DNA of 64,000 nucleotides. Source: Octopus sinensis (Eukaryota). Position 1 is the first letter of the stretch. Every line of letters begins with the position of its first letter. The DNA lies in the NCBI RefSeq assembly GCF_006345805.1, contig NW_021832389.1, positions 21,288-85,287 of the forward strand. The letters run 5' to 3'. Below the pieces are notes generated by a model. It was not told where the DNA came from, searched no databases, and saw only the letters and a list, made by a program, of their open reading frames with translations. Shown here piece by piece: positions 63,901 through 64,000 of this stretch. Made by a program: the position numbers and the translations under genes.

Positions 63901-64000
63901 TATTAATCACCGTCTACATCAACTGTTAGACCGAACATAGAAACTATTAAAAACAAACACCCCCCTCACTCCCCGATCCATCAGTTAATCGTCTGGGCTG

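Noticed and set aside
1-64000. Most ORFs in the supplied track (poly-I, poly-N, YIYI, VCVC, HTYI)
   Set aside because: They are translations of di-, tri- and tetranucleotide microsatellites, with no codon complexity or recognisable domains.

Overview
AT-rich, repeat-saturated animal genomic DNA, most likely an Octopus intron or intergenic region. This is inferred from the SINE families, which resemble from memory the octopus tRNA-derived OK/OR-type SINEs; no database search was run. I found no intact protein-coding gene. Nearly all ORFs in the track are translations of (TA)n, (CA)n, (TACA)n, (AAT)n and (GAT)n microsatellites. Contents: (1) dozens of tRNA-headed SINEs in three groups, labelled here A (Deu/Nin-like core), B (CORE-like) and C (tRNA-Arg-like head, several tails, some with a V-domain), many with clear TSDs and nested in one another; (2) 3' fragments of LINEs (R4/Dong-type RLE, RTE, CR1-like); (3) two mariner transposase pseudogenes; (4) a non-autonomous Helitron, a MULE-like element and several fold-back/MITE structures; (5) a ~3.7-kb 25-bp minisatellite. 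Most notable: up to four type-I hammerhead ribozyme motifs, two of them in head-to-head fold-back elements typical of Penelope-like retroelements; SINE-A concatemers that reuse the same head-less junction at three loci, each inside a single TSD pair; a satellite that grows out of a SINE 3' end; and LINE ends that sit in (TAA)n tracts, each next to an unidentified ~500-bp partner element. Frequent 1-bp indels in repeats suggest residual long-read errors, so single-base conclusions need read-level checks.
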